A DNA stretch of 64,000 nucleotides from Nitrospirales bacterium (GTDB lineage Bacteria > Nitrospirota > Nitrospiria > Nitrospirales > UBA8639): positions 2,720,001 through 2,784,000 of the forward strand of contig CBDBCZ010000019.1 in assembly GCA_965203295.1 (NCBI GenBank). The letters run 5' to 3'. The first letter of the stretch is position 1. Each line of letters starts with the position of its first letter. A program made the translations under genes and the position numbers. This document shows, piece after piece, positions 36,543 to 47,258 of this stretch. Under the pieces are notes generated by a model. It ran no database searches, was not told where the DNA came from, and saw only the letters and a list, made by a program, of their open reading frames with translations.

Positions 36543-37535
36543 ATGAAAAAGCTAGCTGAACGTATTCTATGTGCAACTGACTTTTCCGCCGGTTCCTTCC
36601 AAGCCTTTCAGTACGGACTCGAGTGGGCTAATGCCTGCGAAGCTGATTTCGACATCATCCATACGATGAGTGTGCTTCCCAGGATAGATACTGGTTCCGA
36701 AGTCTGCAATCGTTACATCGCGGAACAAGAGAAACACGTACGATCCGACTTGGAAAAGCTCACTATCCAAGCGAAGAAGCGGATTCCCTCAGTTCATTCT
36801 CACCTTGTGGAAGGAATAGCGGAGGAGGAAATATCCAAATTTGCATTGGACGCTTATTCAGATATGGTGGTCACCGGAACTCATGGACGGGCTAGTTTCG
36901 ACCGAGCGATGGTTGGCAGTGTAGCTGAACGGGTCATCTGTCAGGCCCCCTGTCCAGTCCTCTGTGTTCGATCCACAGAAAACGTTGACGGAGATAACCC
37001 CCAACATCCGGGAACATCCTATGGGAATCTCATTCCTAAAAATCTCTTACTTCCCATAGACTTTTCAGACAGTTCGTTGGAGGCGTTTGAATACGCTATG
37101 CATCTAGCCAAATGGTTCGATTCCTCTATCACTCTGCTCCATGCTGTCGAACCTTTGCCTTATAGCGTAGATTTTAATCTGACCCATCCTATAGAAAATC
37201 GGCAATTACGAGAACAAGTCCAAGCACGGCTGTCTGAATTGACAGATTTGCTTAAGAGAGAAGGCCTTACTGCAGACTATCAAGTGAAAGGTAAGCACAC
37301 GACCGATGCCATCGTGGAAGGCCTTGCTGACACAGGGGCTGATCTTATTGTCATGGGTACTCATGGACACCAGGGATTAAGACGCTTATTGATGGGCAGT
37401 GTAGCCGCGTCAGTTCTTCGCGAAACCTCATGTCCCATCTTAACAGTGAAGAGTCCCAAGTTTGCATCCCAGCATCAGCGAAGTGCCAACGAATCTTCAG
37501 GAAGCCTGTTGTCACGGGCTCCCAAAAGTCACTAG
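36543..37535 (+). CDS. Two-domain universal stress protein
   Basis: ILCATDFS, GTHGR..GSVAERV..APCPVL, LLPIDFS, GTHG..GSVAASVLR; intact. Confidence 0.9.
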   Translation: MKKLAERILCATDFSAGSFQAFQYGLEWANACEADFDIIHTMSVLPRIDTGSEVCNRYIAEQEKHVRSDLEKLTIQAKKRIPSVHSHLVEGIAEEEISKFALDAYSDMVVTGTHGRASFDRAMVGSVAERVICQAPCPVLCVRSTENVDGDNPQHPGTSYGNLIPKNLLLPIDFSDSSLEAFEYAMHLAKWFDSSITLLHAVEPLPYSVDFNLTHPIENRQLREQVQARLSELTDLLKREGLTADYQVKGKHTTDAIVEGLADTGADLIVMGTHGHQGLRRLLMGSVAASVLRETSCPILTVKSPKFASQHQRSANESSGSLLSRAPKSH

Positions 37536-37801
37536 GATCGAGCCTGTCAATGCTCGTGGATCTTTTCACACGTTCACAAACCAGCCCAGTGATTTCCTCT
37601 TTCATGCTCCCATCTGCATACTGAACTAAAAAAGCTAATCCGGTCGGGAAAACCCCATCCTCTGTACATGTTGTCTTCTGCTACAACATTCAATTACTTA
37701 AGTGGGGCATGGATCCACATGGGTCTGTTGCCAATTGAGCTACCAGCTCAAAACTCATTGAAAATATGGAATTTCCAACAAGTGGAGTTGATCAGACGGT
37801 C

Positions 37802-37817
37802 TGGCATAAGCATTGCT
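37802..37817 (+). promoter_or_regulatory. Sigma-54 promoter
   Basis: TGGCATAAGCATTGCT upstream of Hsp20 copy 2. Confidence 0.75.
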
Positions 37818-37890
37818 CTTTTTTCTTATAAGAATGGAAAATGAGTGAGCATGGTATTCCAGCCATTCGTAAAGATAAGGAGGTCATGTC

Positions 37891-38346
37891 ATGAACACCT
37901 TAACTCGTTGGGAACCCCTTAGAGAATTAGATGAATTACAGAATCGCTTGGCCACATTATTGGGACGGCATCCCATTCGAAAGAATGATGAGAAAAAGGA
38001 GGCACTAACCTTCGCGGAATGGGCCCCATTGGTGGACATTGTCGAAGATCAGAAGGAGTATCTGATCAAAGCCGAGCTCCCGGAAGTCAAGAAGGAAGAG
38101 ATTAAGGTCGGCGTTCAGGATGATGTCTTCACGATCACCGGAGAGCTGAAATACGAAAAAGAGGAAAAGGATAAAAAGTACCATCGAATTGAACGGGCGT
38201 ATGGGAGCTTCGCTCGGAGTTTTACGATCCCAGAAGACGCTGAAGGCACTAAAGTGTTCGCCGAATTTCAGGATGGGGTGCTTAAAGTGCATCTCCCAAA
38301 GTCCGCGCAAGCTAAACCTAAGAGCATTGAGGTGAGAGTCACCTAA
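37891..38346 (+). CDS. Hsp20 small heat-shock protein, copy 2
   Basis: WAPLVDI..KAELP..ERAYGSFARSF..DGVLKVHLPK..IEV. Confidence 0.92.
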   Translation: MNTLTRWEPLRELDELQNRLATLLGRHPIRKNDEKKEALTFAEWAPLVDIVEDQKEYLIKAELPEVKKEEIKVGVQDDVFTITGELKYEKEEKDKKYHRIERAYGSFARSFTIPEDAEGTKVFAEFQDGVLKVHLPKSAQAKPKSIEVRVT

Positions 38347-38649
38347 TAAACCACCTCTAAGCTCGTCCAAGGGTTAGAAGGCAGTGGGGAGAAGAAGAGA
38401 AGCATCTAGCAACCCGGGCCGAAGAAAGAAGGGTAGTCTAACACGTGGCACCAAGACGCTTCGAACTCGGCCCGGGACCATTGGAGAGTATGTATCAATT
38501 ATTCGGCTATCCTTTCACACGTCAGCAGATGCTGTGATCGATGAGGATTGGCATTGTCTGGGATGTACCAGCGGAACACATCAGGTGAAAGTCGCCCCAT
38601 GTTGTGAGTGAACCCTGAAATGCAATTTAAGGAAAGGAGAAGAGTTTCC

Positions 38650-39211
38650 ATGAGAAAATTCCTGTGGATCTTCACAGGTATCTTTTTGACTTTCACGGAG
38701 GGGCACGAGTAGCGCCGTTGGGCCATCAATGATGCAGCCGAGGGTACCTTCTGGCAAGCTCGATGAAGCTCGAGCTATTCGCAATCCACTTCAGAATTCT
38801 CTTCAGTTTCAGAATTCTCTTCAGTTAAGAGACCAAGGCAAAGCGTTGTATGAAGGCAAAGGGACGTGTGTCAATTGCCATGGGAAAGTCGGAAATGGTA
38901 AAGGGCCAGGGGCTACAAACCTGAATCCCTCTCCCCGGAACTTTCAACATCATGGGTTTTGGCGCCATCGAACGGAGGGAGAAATCTTCTGGGTGATCAA
39001 AAATGGAAGTCCTGGTACGGCGATGATCCCCTTCGGGGGACTCCTATCAGACGAAGAAATCTGGTCCGTCATTCAATATGAACAAACTTTCTCGGCACGG
39101 CACGGCCACCGGCCAGGAATGGGACCGGGGAATAGGAAAGGCCCAATGGGGCCCCAAGGAGGGCACAGGAAACATCGAGGAGGGCATGAATCATGTTGTG
39201 GAAAGCAGTGA
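38650..39211 (+). pseudogene. Monoheme c-type cytochrome, signal region frameshifted
   Basis: CVNCH, P.PRNF, GSPGTAMIPF; ATG 38650 signal peptide out of frame with body; 18-bp duplication. Confidence 0.75.
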
Positions 39212-39669
39212 GTTATTACAAAAAAGATTGGACAAAGAACAATGGTTTTATCTCACGAGGATTCTACCTGATACTCACGGCTTTTATCGTCAGTTGTCTT
39301 CTGACCATAGGGCTCCTTTCACAAGTTGATGCGCAGTCTGAGCAGCAGATTATCGTTACCATTAAGGACTTCACATTCCGAACCACGCAAATGCCGCTTC
39401 AACTTCATACACCGACCGTCATCCATCTTAAGAATGATGATAAAATTCGCCATGACTTCAGGTCTGAAATTTTTCTGGATAACTACACAGAAGTACAGGG
39501 CGTAGGGAACGTCTCGTATGGGAAGGGTATCGAGGGAATCCAGGTCGATCCTGGCGCAGAGGTGGATATACGCTTCACAATCGACCGACCCGGCCGATAC
39601 CGATTTCATTGCTCGATCAATCCGGATATGCACGGCGAAATCTTATTAATCACGGTGGGGGCCGTTTAA
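39193..39669 (+). CDS. Cupredoxin-domain protein
   Basis: N.D..RHDF..PGRYRFHCSINPDMHG; usual C-x-x-H ligand appears as Asn. Confidence 0.7.
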   Translation: MLWKAVSYYKKDWTKNNGFISRGFYLILTAFIVSCLLTIGLLSQVDAQSEQQIIVTIKDFTFRTTQMPLQLHTPTVIHLKNDDKIRHDFRSEIFLDNYTEVQGVGNVSYGKGIEGIQVDPGAEVDIRFTIDRPGRYRFHCSINPDMHGEILLITVGAV

Positions 39670-39767
39670 ACCCACAAGAACGCGCAAGGGAGGAGAGCGT
39701 TTCTTTTTTGAGAAACTACCAGCGTGTTCAGTCTTGCCTTCGATATTGGAAAGACTGAGTATTTGCC

Positions 39768-40771
39768 ATGAAAGAACTGATTAACCAAATTCTTTTTGCG
39801 ATTGATTTTTCAGAGTGCTCCGATCATGCGTTCAGACATGCTATGACATAGGCCCAAGCCTGTCCTGGGCAATTTCATATCGCCCATATCCTGGAAATCC
39901 ACCCACACATGGATATGGACGCCGCAGTCGTTCAAATTTATTTCGAGGAGCAACAGAAAACTGCGAAAATCAAAATGCAAGCGCTGATAGAACGTGCAGA
40001 ACCCTGTATCACAGGTGTCCATCACCATGAAAAAATCGGTAATGCATCAGAACAGATTAACAAGTTGGCCTTTAGCATGGGGGCTGATCTCATCGTGACC
40101 GGCACCCACGGCGTGACAGGTCTTAACCGAGTCCTCCTTGGAAGCACGGCGGAGCGAGTAGTGTGCGGAGCCCCATGTCCGGTCCTTGTCGTTCGATACA
40201 AGGAACCCACCGAAAAGACAAAAGAGTCTAAACAGGTTCACCATGGTTCTTCTTCAGGAGACCTTAACAGTGCATTTCTACCTCAGCATATTGTAATGCC
40301 CCTTGATTTTTCCGATTGTTCTCTGGATGCCTTTGAATATGGGACGTTTGTGGCGAAAATTTCGGTGCATCAGTTACGCTTCTCCACGTGATAGAACCGA
40401 TTGCATACAGTCTGGATTTTACTCTGACCCATGCGGAAGAAGACAAATATAAGCGCCAAAGGATGGAAGAAAAGGTTGAAGAATTAACCAGCGTACTTCA
40501 ATCACATGGCATCAAAGCGGATTATCTCATCAAAGAACATCCCGCTTCCGACAAGATTCTCGATGCAATCAATGAAAGAGGAGCTAACCTCGTTGTCATG
40601 GGGACACATGGCCGCCGAGGACTTTCCCGCTTTTTCATGGGAAGTGTGGCGAGTGCCATCTTACGCCAAGCCTCGTTTCCAGTGTTGACCGTTAAAAGTC
40701 CCAAGTTCGCTCACAGCCACCCCCGGACGGTTAAGGGGTCATGCTCAACCGAACAAACTGCAGCTTCGTAG
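39768..40771 (+). pseudogene. Two-domain USP, paralog of 36543-37535, disrupted
   Basis: In-frame TAG 39849-39851 (Trp in paralog), frameshift ~40360. Confidence 0.88.
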
Positions 40772-40804
40772 TAGAGGAGTATGAGGGAATCTTTTTGAAA
40801 GGTC

Positions 40805-42175
40805 ATGATTCAGAAAACCGCCATCGCCTAGACTCTACACTCACTTTTTTCTCGCCTTGACGCCTTATCTCTTGAGCCAGACTTTCGCCTTCAGCGAGAG
40901 AGAGCGGTGAGTTATGTCCTCCGACCCTATCTCACACCAGGACAGGAAATTCCTTTAGCACCTCTTCCTGAAGAAGTCGAACTTGCCAAACTGTACCTCT
41001 ACGCCGATTATTTCCCGGATGATAGACACTTCTCGCTAGTTGAACAAGTGCGGGATCAGATCTCAGAACACATCTCAGATGAAGAACGTGCCTGGCTTGA
41101 CCCAATCCGTCATTCCTACATTGATCTGCTTGAAATCACGGCCATTGGCTCAGCAGGGGCTCTTCAAGATCTGTCCCTTCGCTCCCTCGGGGACAACGTC
41201 GAATATTGCGTTCCTAGTGGATCGTTTGCACAAGTTCACACACCAGGCCAGATGGTACTCACCCGGCTCATCCGTAGACCGGAATTGACGGCATGTCCAG
41301 GTGTGGCCGTTTCACTCTCTCACAGGTACGGGCAAGAGTTGTACGAATCTGTGAAGCAATTACAGCGAGAAATCGAAGCGGTCTCCGGATCATTTGAGCT
41401 TGGCGAATGGCCAGAATTCGCCAAACGTTATGGTCACTTGTTGCACTGGACTTTAGCAGGACTTCGCTTGAAGGTTCTGTTGGAAGCCGAAAAGCGAATT
41501 CGATACGTAACCAAAGATGGACAAACATTTCTCCAGGCTTTTGTTCTCTATGAGCATGATGATTATGCCTTTTTTGAGAACACGCTCAATCAAATGGTAA
41601 GGTTGGAACCCCAACCTGATGGTGTGCAAAAGGTATCCCAAGCTGACGCGAATCTTGCAAATAAGAAGGCAGGAAAGACTCAGGTCTGGACTCAACGAAG
41701 CGCTCACGAACCAAAAGAGAACTTGGCTATCTGTACAAGACTGACCCTGACTCGCACGCAACTTTTTCTCGAATGTGAATCTCAGGAAAAACTCGATGAA
41801 TGGAAACATCAACTCGCGTCAACCTTGGGATTTTCTCTTCATTGCAGAGGGGAATCCATGAAATTGCCATCTCATTCTCTTCGAGAAATTAATTTGTTAA
41901 CGGAAGATGTCCCCAGCACGACTGTGGAAATCACGAAAGAAGAAGAATATCGTCTCCTGTCTGCCTTTTTTGAAACCGCATATCTGGAATGGGCCGAAAG
42001 GCCATGCCCGGCATTGAAGGGGGAAAGTCCCAGACATTATGTGTCGACAACGAATGATCAGGAGAGGGTCGCGACCCTCATTGATGAAATCGAGCGTGAA
42101 GATGTCGCCTTGCTCCGCACAGGGAAATTAGGGTTTGACTATAACAGTCTCCGTGGCCATGTGGGATTGAGGTAA
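40805..42175 (+). pseudogene. Hypothetical protein, probable early nonsense codon
   Basis: 422-aa ORF from 40907 extends in frame to ATG 40805 through TAG 40829; C-terminal W...P.PAL.G.SPR motif. Confidence 0.55.
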
Positions 42176-42278
42176 ATGCTTTTGCCTTTCCTTCTTTTCC
42201 TTTGTACTCTCCATTACTCCACACAGCAGTGATGGTATAATTTTTCTGGTTCATAGAGAGTCATCCTACCCCAGACAC

Positions 42279-43421
42279 ATGACCATGGCTGAGTCTTCAC
42301 CCTTTAGCCCTCCAAGTCCCGGTCTTCTCCCACAAAAAAGCTTTTTACTCTTACTCAACGGACTGAAGAATAGAGGCTACCGAGTCCTAGGCCCTACAAT
42401 CCGCGATGGTGCCATTTCATGGGGAGACATTAATCGCCTAGAAGATCTTCCAGTTGGGTGGCGTGATCATCAGCATCCTGGACAGTACCGACTGGAGCAA
42501 ACCAATGCACGGAAATATTTTGATATTGTTCATGGACCGGAATCGATCAAACGACAAACCTTCGTTCCACGGGAGCATCTCCTCACCATTGAAAAGAAGA
42601 ATAAAAGCTTCTCTGTTCACTCAATGCTTCCTCAAACTGAACGCACGGCCGTGATTGTTGTACGGGCTTGCGATTTGACTGGATTGGAAATTCAAGATCG
42701 AATTTTTCTTCAAGACGACTGTATCGACCCCTATTATCAGGCTCGAAGGCAATCGTTGTTTCTCATCGCTGTGAATTGCACGCGGGCATTGGAAACGTGT
42801 TTTTGCGCTTCCATGGGAACAGGGCCAAGGGTCCAGTCAGGGTTTGACCTTGTTCTCACCGAATGTGATGAGGATTTTTTGATTCGCGCTGGAAGCCCAT
42901 CGAGTTTCGATGTTTTTCAGGAGCTTCCCCTCTCCCCCGTGACTCCGGAACGTACAGAACAAGAACGCGAACAGATTTCAGCTTGTGCAGCAAGCCAAAC
43001 TCGAAAGATGGATACTTCTCAACTTCCACAGGCGTTGTATGATACTCACGACCACCCCCAATGGGATGAGGTGGCAACACGTTGCCTGGCCTGTACCAAC
43101 TGTACAATGGTATGTCCCACCTGTTTCTGCCACGCTGTTCAAGAACATTCTGATGTTACTCATCACTCTAGCGAGCACATCAGAGTTTGGGATTCCTGCT
43201 TCACTCAAGATCATGGCTATATTCACGGCAAAAACGTTCGACCGACCATAAAAGATCGATATCGGATGTGGCTCACGCATAAGCTCGCTTCGTGGATCGA
43301 TCAATTTGGTATGTCGGGGTATGTTGGCTGCGGCCGGTGCATCACCTGGTGCCCTGTCGGGATTGATCTCACTGAAGAACTTCATGCCTTACTGAAACCG
43401 AATGAGCAGGGAACATCATGA
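42279..43421 (+). CDS. hydB: Group 3b [NiFe]-hydrogenase beta (Fe-S) subunit
   Basis: CFCASM, CLACTNCTMVCPTCFC, WDSCF, GYVGCGRCITWCPVGID (first Cys replaced by Tyr). Confidence 0.88.
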   Translation: MTMAESSPFSPPSPGLLPQKSFLLLLNGLKNRGYRVLGPTIRDGAISWGDINRLEDLPVGWRDHQHPGQYRLEQTNARKYFDIVHGPESIKRQTFVPREHLLTIEKKNKSFSVHSMLPQTERTAVIVVRACDLTGLEIQDRIFLQDDCIDPYYQARRQSLFLIAVNCTRALETCFCASMGTGPRVQSGFDLVLTECDEDFLIRAGSPSSFDVFQELPLSPVTPERTEQEREQISACAASQTRKMDTSQLPQALYDTHDHPQWDEVATRCLACTNCTMVCPTCFCHAVQEHSDVTHHSSEHIRVWDSCFTQDHGYIHGKNVRPTIKDRYRMWLTHKLASWIDQFGMSGYVGCGRCITWCPVGIDLTEELHALLKPNEQGTS

Positions 43422-44274
43422 GGGATTCCGTTGCCGCAGAACCCCTCAATCCCTTCGTTATCCACCCCGCGACGATTGCCGCAAAGGGGCAAGAAGCCGC
43501 TGATATCGTGAGCTTCCGGCTGCATCTTTCTGACCCAACCTCCAGGCGTGCCTTTCAATTTGCAGCCGGACAATTCAACATGCTCTACGCTTTTGGTGTA
43601 GGAGAAGTCGCTATCTCAATCGTGTCCGATCCCGATGAACCAGAGTTTCTCGACCACACCATTCGCATCGTGGGCCGAACCACACAGGTCATGGGTCGGA
43701 TGGATGTTGGTGACACCTTAGGCATTCGTGGGCCATTTGGCCAAGGCTGGCCAATGGAAGAGGCCAAAGGGAAAGATGTCCTTGTGATTACCGGAGGCCT
43801 GGGATGTGCGCCGGTCGTCGGTGCGATTGAATACATGTTCAGGAGACAGGATCAGTATAGGGCCATCAACATTCTTCATGGCGTAAAAGCTCCCGAAGAC
43901 TTACTCTATCGTGAGCGCTTCGATGTCTGGCGAGGACAACCCAATACCGAGATGTATTTAACCAGCGACGAACCGGGGAAAACATGGCATTACTATGTGG
44001 GGGTGGTTACCGAACTCTTCGATCGAGTCCGTTTGAATCCCGAACGGACGCTCGTCTTGATGTGCGGACCAGAAATTATGATACGGGTGGCAGCCAATAT
44101 GCTGACTCACCGTGGCATGCGACCGGATGTCATGTATGTCTCTCTTGAACGCCATATGGAATGTGGCATTGGGCTGTGTGGACATTGCCAAATGGGGCCC
44201 TTTTTTTGTGCAAAGATGGTCCCGTTCTGCGACTGGATAAAGTTCTCCTTTTCTTAGATAAGAGCGGAGTGTGA
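43418..44274 (+). CDS. hydG: Group 3b hydrogenase gamma (FAD/NAD) subunit; C-terminal homopolymer frameshift
   Basis: GQFNML, RGPFG, GGLG.AP, MCGPE, CGIGLCGHC; CKDGPV continues in another frame after T-run ~44201. Confidence 0.85.
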
Positions 44275-45137
44275 TGGGAAACGGTTCAATCAAAAATCAA
44301 CAACGGAAAGCACCCCGCACCCAGCACCATCCCCGGTTGGCGGTGATCAAGTTTGCATCCTGTGATGGATGCCAACTGAGTATCTTGAACCTCGAGGATG
44401 ACCTTCTCTCGCTTGGCCAAGTACTCGACATCGCGTATTTCCCTGAAGCCTCCAGTGCGATGAAGTCAGGACCCTATGATATCGTGTTGGTCGAAGGATC
44501 TATTACGACTCCCCACGATGTCACGCGCATCGCTGAAATCAGGAAAGAAGCCAAGTTTCTGATCACCATTGGCGCCTGTGCAACCGCTGGAGGAATTCAA
44601 GCTCTGCGAAACTGGGCCAATATGGAGGCTTTCAAACGAGCAGTCTATCCCCACCCCGATTATATCCAGAGTCTCAGCACGTCCACACCGATTTCTGAAC
44701 ATGTGAAAGTCGATTTTGAGCTATGGGGATGCCCAATCGATAAGCATCAACTTCTTCAAGTCCTCACCGATCTTGTGACTGGCGTGACCCCACGCCTTCC
44801 CACGCATAGTGTCTGTCTGGACTGCAAACGACAGGGACATATATGCGTGATGGTCGCCAAAGGACTCCCCTGTTTGGGCCCAGTCACGCGAACCGGCTGC
44901 GGAGCGATCTGTCCCGGCATGGGTCGAGATTGTTATGGATGCTTTGGACCTGCTGAAGGTATTCCTCAAGGATCTGGCGTTCCCCCCAATACCCACTCGC
45001 TTGCCAGTCAATTTCACGAGGGGCTCAACTTGATTCCAGTGGACGTGGTCCGTCGATTCAGAGGGATCAACGGTTACGTCAGCCCATTCCGGAAGGAAAG
45101 TCATGTCTGGGAAGGCACCAAAGACCCGAACGATTAA
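44274..45137 (+). CDS. hydD: Group 3b hydrogenase delta (small) subunit
   Basis: [40 protein letters not shown]. Confidence 0.9.
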   Translation: MGNGSIKNQQRKAPRTQHHPRLAVIKFASCDGCQLSILNLEDDLLSLGQVLDIAYFPEASSAMKSGPYDIVLVEGSITTPHDVTRIAEIRKEAKFLITIGACATAGGIQALRNWANMEAFKRAVYPHPDYIQSLSTSTPISEHVKVDFELWGCPIDKHQLLQVLTDLVTGVTPRLPTHSVCLDCKRQGHICVMVAKGLPCLGPVTRTGCGAICPGMGRDCYGCFGPAEGIPQGSGVPPNTHSLASQFHEGLNLIPVDVVRRFRGINGYVSPFRKESHVWEGTKDPND

Positions 45138-46419
45138 AGTCGACATGCTTGCTCGCGTCGAGGGCGAAGGGGCTTTGAATGTCACCGTTCAGGATGGCAA
45201 GGTGCGGGATATGGAACTCCGCATCTTCGAGCCACCCAGGTTTTTCGAAGCATTTCTCCAAGGAAGACATGTCACCGAAGTGCCCGACATCGTGGCACGG
45301 ATTTGTGGGATTTGCCCAGTCACCTATCAAATGAGCGCGGTGCATGCTTTGGAATCGATCTTTGACATCAACGTGGGCGGCCAACTGCGTGACCTCCGGC
45401 GTCTACTTTATTGTGCAGAATGGATTGAGAGTCACACGCTGCATATCTACATGCTTCATGCACCTGATTTTCTGGGGTATGACAGCGGCATTGAGATGGC
45501 TCGACAGTATCCCGAGATCGTCACGCGAGGCTTACTGTTAAAAAAAGCAGGGAATGCTCTTCTCACGTTGCTGGGTGGCCGATCGGTGCATCCTGTTTCC
45601 GTCCAAGTCGGAGGATTTTCCAAAGTCCCCAGCAAAACTGAATTGGAAAGTCTGAAAGAAGAGTTACAGTGGGCACGCGATGCGGCGGCGGAAACCCTTC
45701 GGTGGGTAGCTGGATTGGAGTTTTCTGATCCCGAGCAAGAGTACATTTTCGTTTCTCTTCAATCCGAAACGGAATATTCCATGAATGAAGGGGTCATCAA
45801 GTCCAATCACGGCTTGGGAATCTCAGCAGCAGAATTTGAAAGCCATTTTGTGGAAGAGCAAGTTCCTTATTCCAATGCTCTTCAATGCACCTTAAAGGGT
45901 GGGTCATACCTTGCCGGACCACTTGCTCGACTTCATCTTAACTTTGACCAACTCACACCGCTGGTCAAAGAGGGGTTGGCTCAGACAGGGCTTACCCTTC
46001 CCTTCAAACAAGCCTCCATGAGAATTGTCGCCCGCACTGTTGAAGTGCTCTATGCACTCGACGAAGCCATCAGAATCATTGACCGTTATGAACCACCACC
46101 GCTGGCAGCTCTTCCTCTCAGAGTAAAAGCCGGGGTTGGCATGGCCGCCACCGAGGCTCCCAGGGGATTGCTGTATCATCGCTACCAAATAGCTGATGAT
46201 GGAACCATCCAGGAAGCTAAAATTATTCCCCCCACTTCACAAAATCAACGGCGCATAGAAGAAGACCTTCGAAGTTATCTTCCTCAAGTCCTCCATTTGC
46301 AAGACAAGGATGTGGCCTTAGGTTGCGAGCGTATTATTTGCAGTTACGATCCATGCATTTCCTGCGCGACCCATTTTTTAAAACTAGACATCAACCATTT
46401 GCAAACGAAGAGGCAATGA
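45103..46419 (+). CDS. hydA: Group 3b [NiFe]-hydrogenase alpha (large) subunit
   Basis: ARVEGEG, L1 RICGICP, EAPRG, PPT.QN, L2 DPCISCATH. Confidence 0.92.
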   Translation: MSGKAPKTRTIKVDMLARVEGEGALNVTVQDGKVRDMELRIFEPPRFFEAFLQGRHVTEVPDIVARICGICPVTYQMSAVHALESIFDINVGGQLRDLRRLLYCAEWIESHTLHIYMLHAPDFLGYDSGIEMARQYPEIVTRGLLLKKAGNALLTLLGGRSVHPVSVQVGGFSKVPSKTELESLKEELQWARDAAAETLRWVAGLEFSDPEQEYIFVSLQSETEYSMNEGVIKSNHGLGISAAEFESHFVEEQVPYSNALQCTLKGGSYLAGPLARLHLNFDQLTPLVKEGLAQTGLTLPFKQASMRIVARTVEVLYALDEAIRIIDRYEPPPLAALPLRVKAGVGMAATEAPRGLLYHRYQIADDGTIQEAKIIPPTSQNQRRIEEDLRSYLPQVLHLQDKDVALGCERIICSYDPCISCATHFLKLDINHLQTKRQ

Positions 46420-46904
46420 ACTCGATCAGGGTTATTGGAATAGGAAATGCGTGGGCCGGAGACGACACCGTTGGGATTGCAGTGACCCGCCACCTCAAAA
46501 CTCAGAATCTCAAAGGAGTCGACATCATAGAGGCAGGCCTCATTGGATTGAATGTCCTTGACCTTATGGATGGAGCTGAACATGTCATTCTCATCGATGC
46601 TGTTCAAAGCGATCAATCACCAGGGACTATTCACCGCCTGGAGATTCCAGGAGATCTCCAATTTGTCATGAAGGTTTCCTGGGGTTCTTCCACCGCATCC
46701 ACTCACTCATTCGGGTTGGGGGAAGCATTGGCTCTTGGAAACACCTTAGGGAAACTTCCGCCAAAGCTGACGATATACGGGGTTGAGCTGGATCAGGTGA
46801 CACAAGGGGAATCTCTTTCTCCGCCAGTGGCCCAGACGATTACGAGAGTAGCGACCCACATTCAACAAGACCTTGGAACATTGGCATGCATGAATTCAAA
46901 TTAA
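46416..46904 (+). CDS. Hydrogenase maturation protease
   Basis: GIGN...GDD..G, ILIDAV, STHSFG; ATG overlaps hydA stop. Confidence 0.88.
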   Translation: MNSIRVIGIGNAWAGDDTVGIAVTRHLKTQNLKGVDIIEAGLIGLNVLDLMDGAEHVILIDAVQSDQSPGTIHRLEIPGDLQFVMKVSWGSSTASTHSFGLGEALALGNTLGKLPPKLTIYGVELDQVTQGESLSPPVAQTITRVATHIQQDLGTLACMNSN

Positions 46905-47258
46905 TGCGACAAGTCGTTCAGATGGTCGAGGAAGCTACTCTCAAGCAACCGGGTAGTGTCCCTCGCCTCATACGACTGCAGCTCAGCAATCATTCGCATT
47001 TAGCCGATCATTCTGTCGATGAGTTGCAAACCACGTTTCAAATGGCGGCCCATGGCGGCCCAAGGTACAATGGCTGAACACGCTAAACTGGAAGTCACTT
47101 ATGTGCAGGTATCTGGTCATTGCCAATCATGTAACCGCATTGTTCAATCCAAGAACGAAAGTCTTATATGCTCAACATGCGGGTCAGGAAACCTTGTGTG
47201 GGAAGACGTTCCGGAAGTGCTGGTTCAAGAAGTGGAGTGCGTTCTCGAACCATCATGA
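46886..47258 (+). pseudogene. hypA: Hydrogenase nickel insertion protein HypA, frameshifted
   Basis: MHE N-terminus, CQSC..CSTC; 10-bp duplication 47042-47061. Confidence 0.85.

Noticed and set aside
38413..38476. 10-bp inverted repeat CCCGGGCCGA/TCGGCCCGGG after hsp20 as a terminator or ncRNA
   Set aside because: 44-nt loop, no U-tract and no second copy; insufficient support.
42233..42248. Sigma-54 promoter before hydB (TGGTATAATTTTTCTG)
   Set aside because: Lacks the -12 GC at the required spacing.
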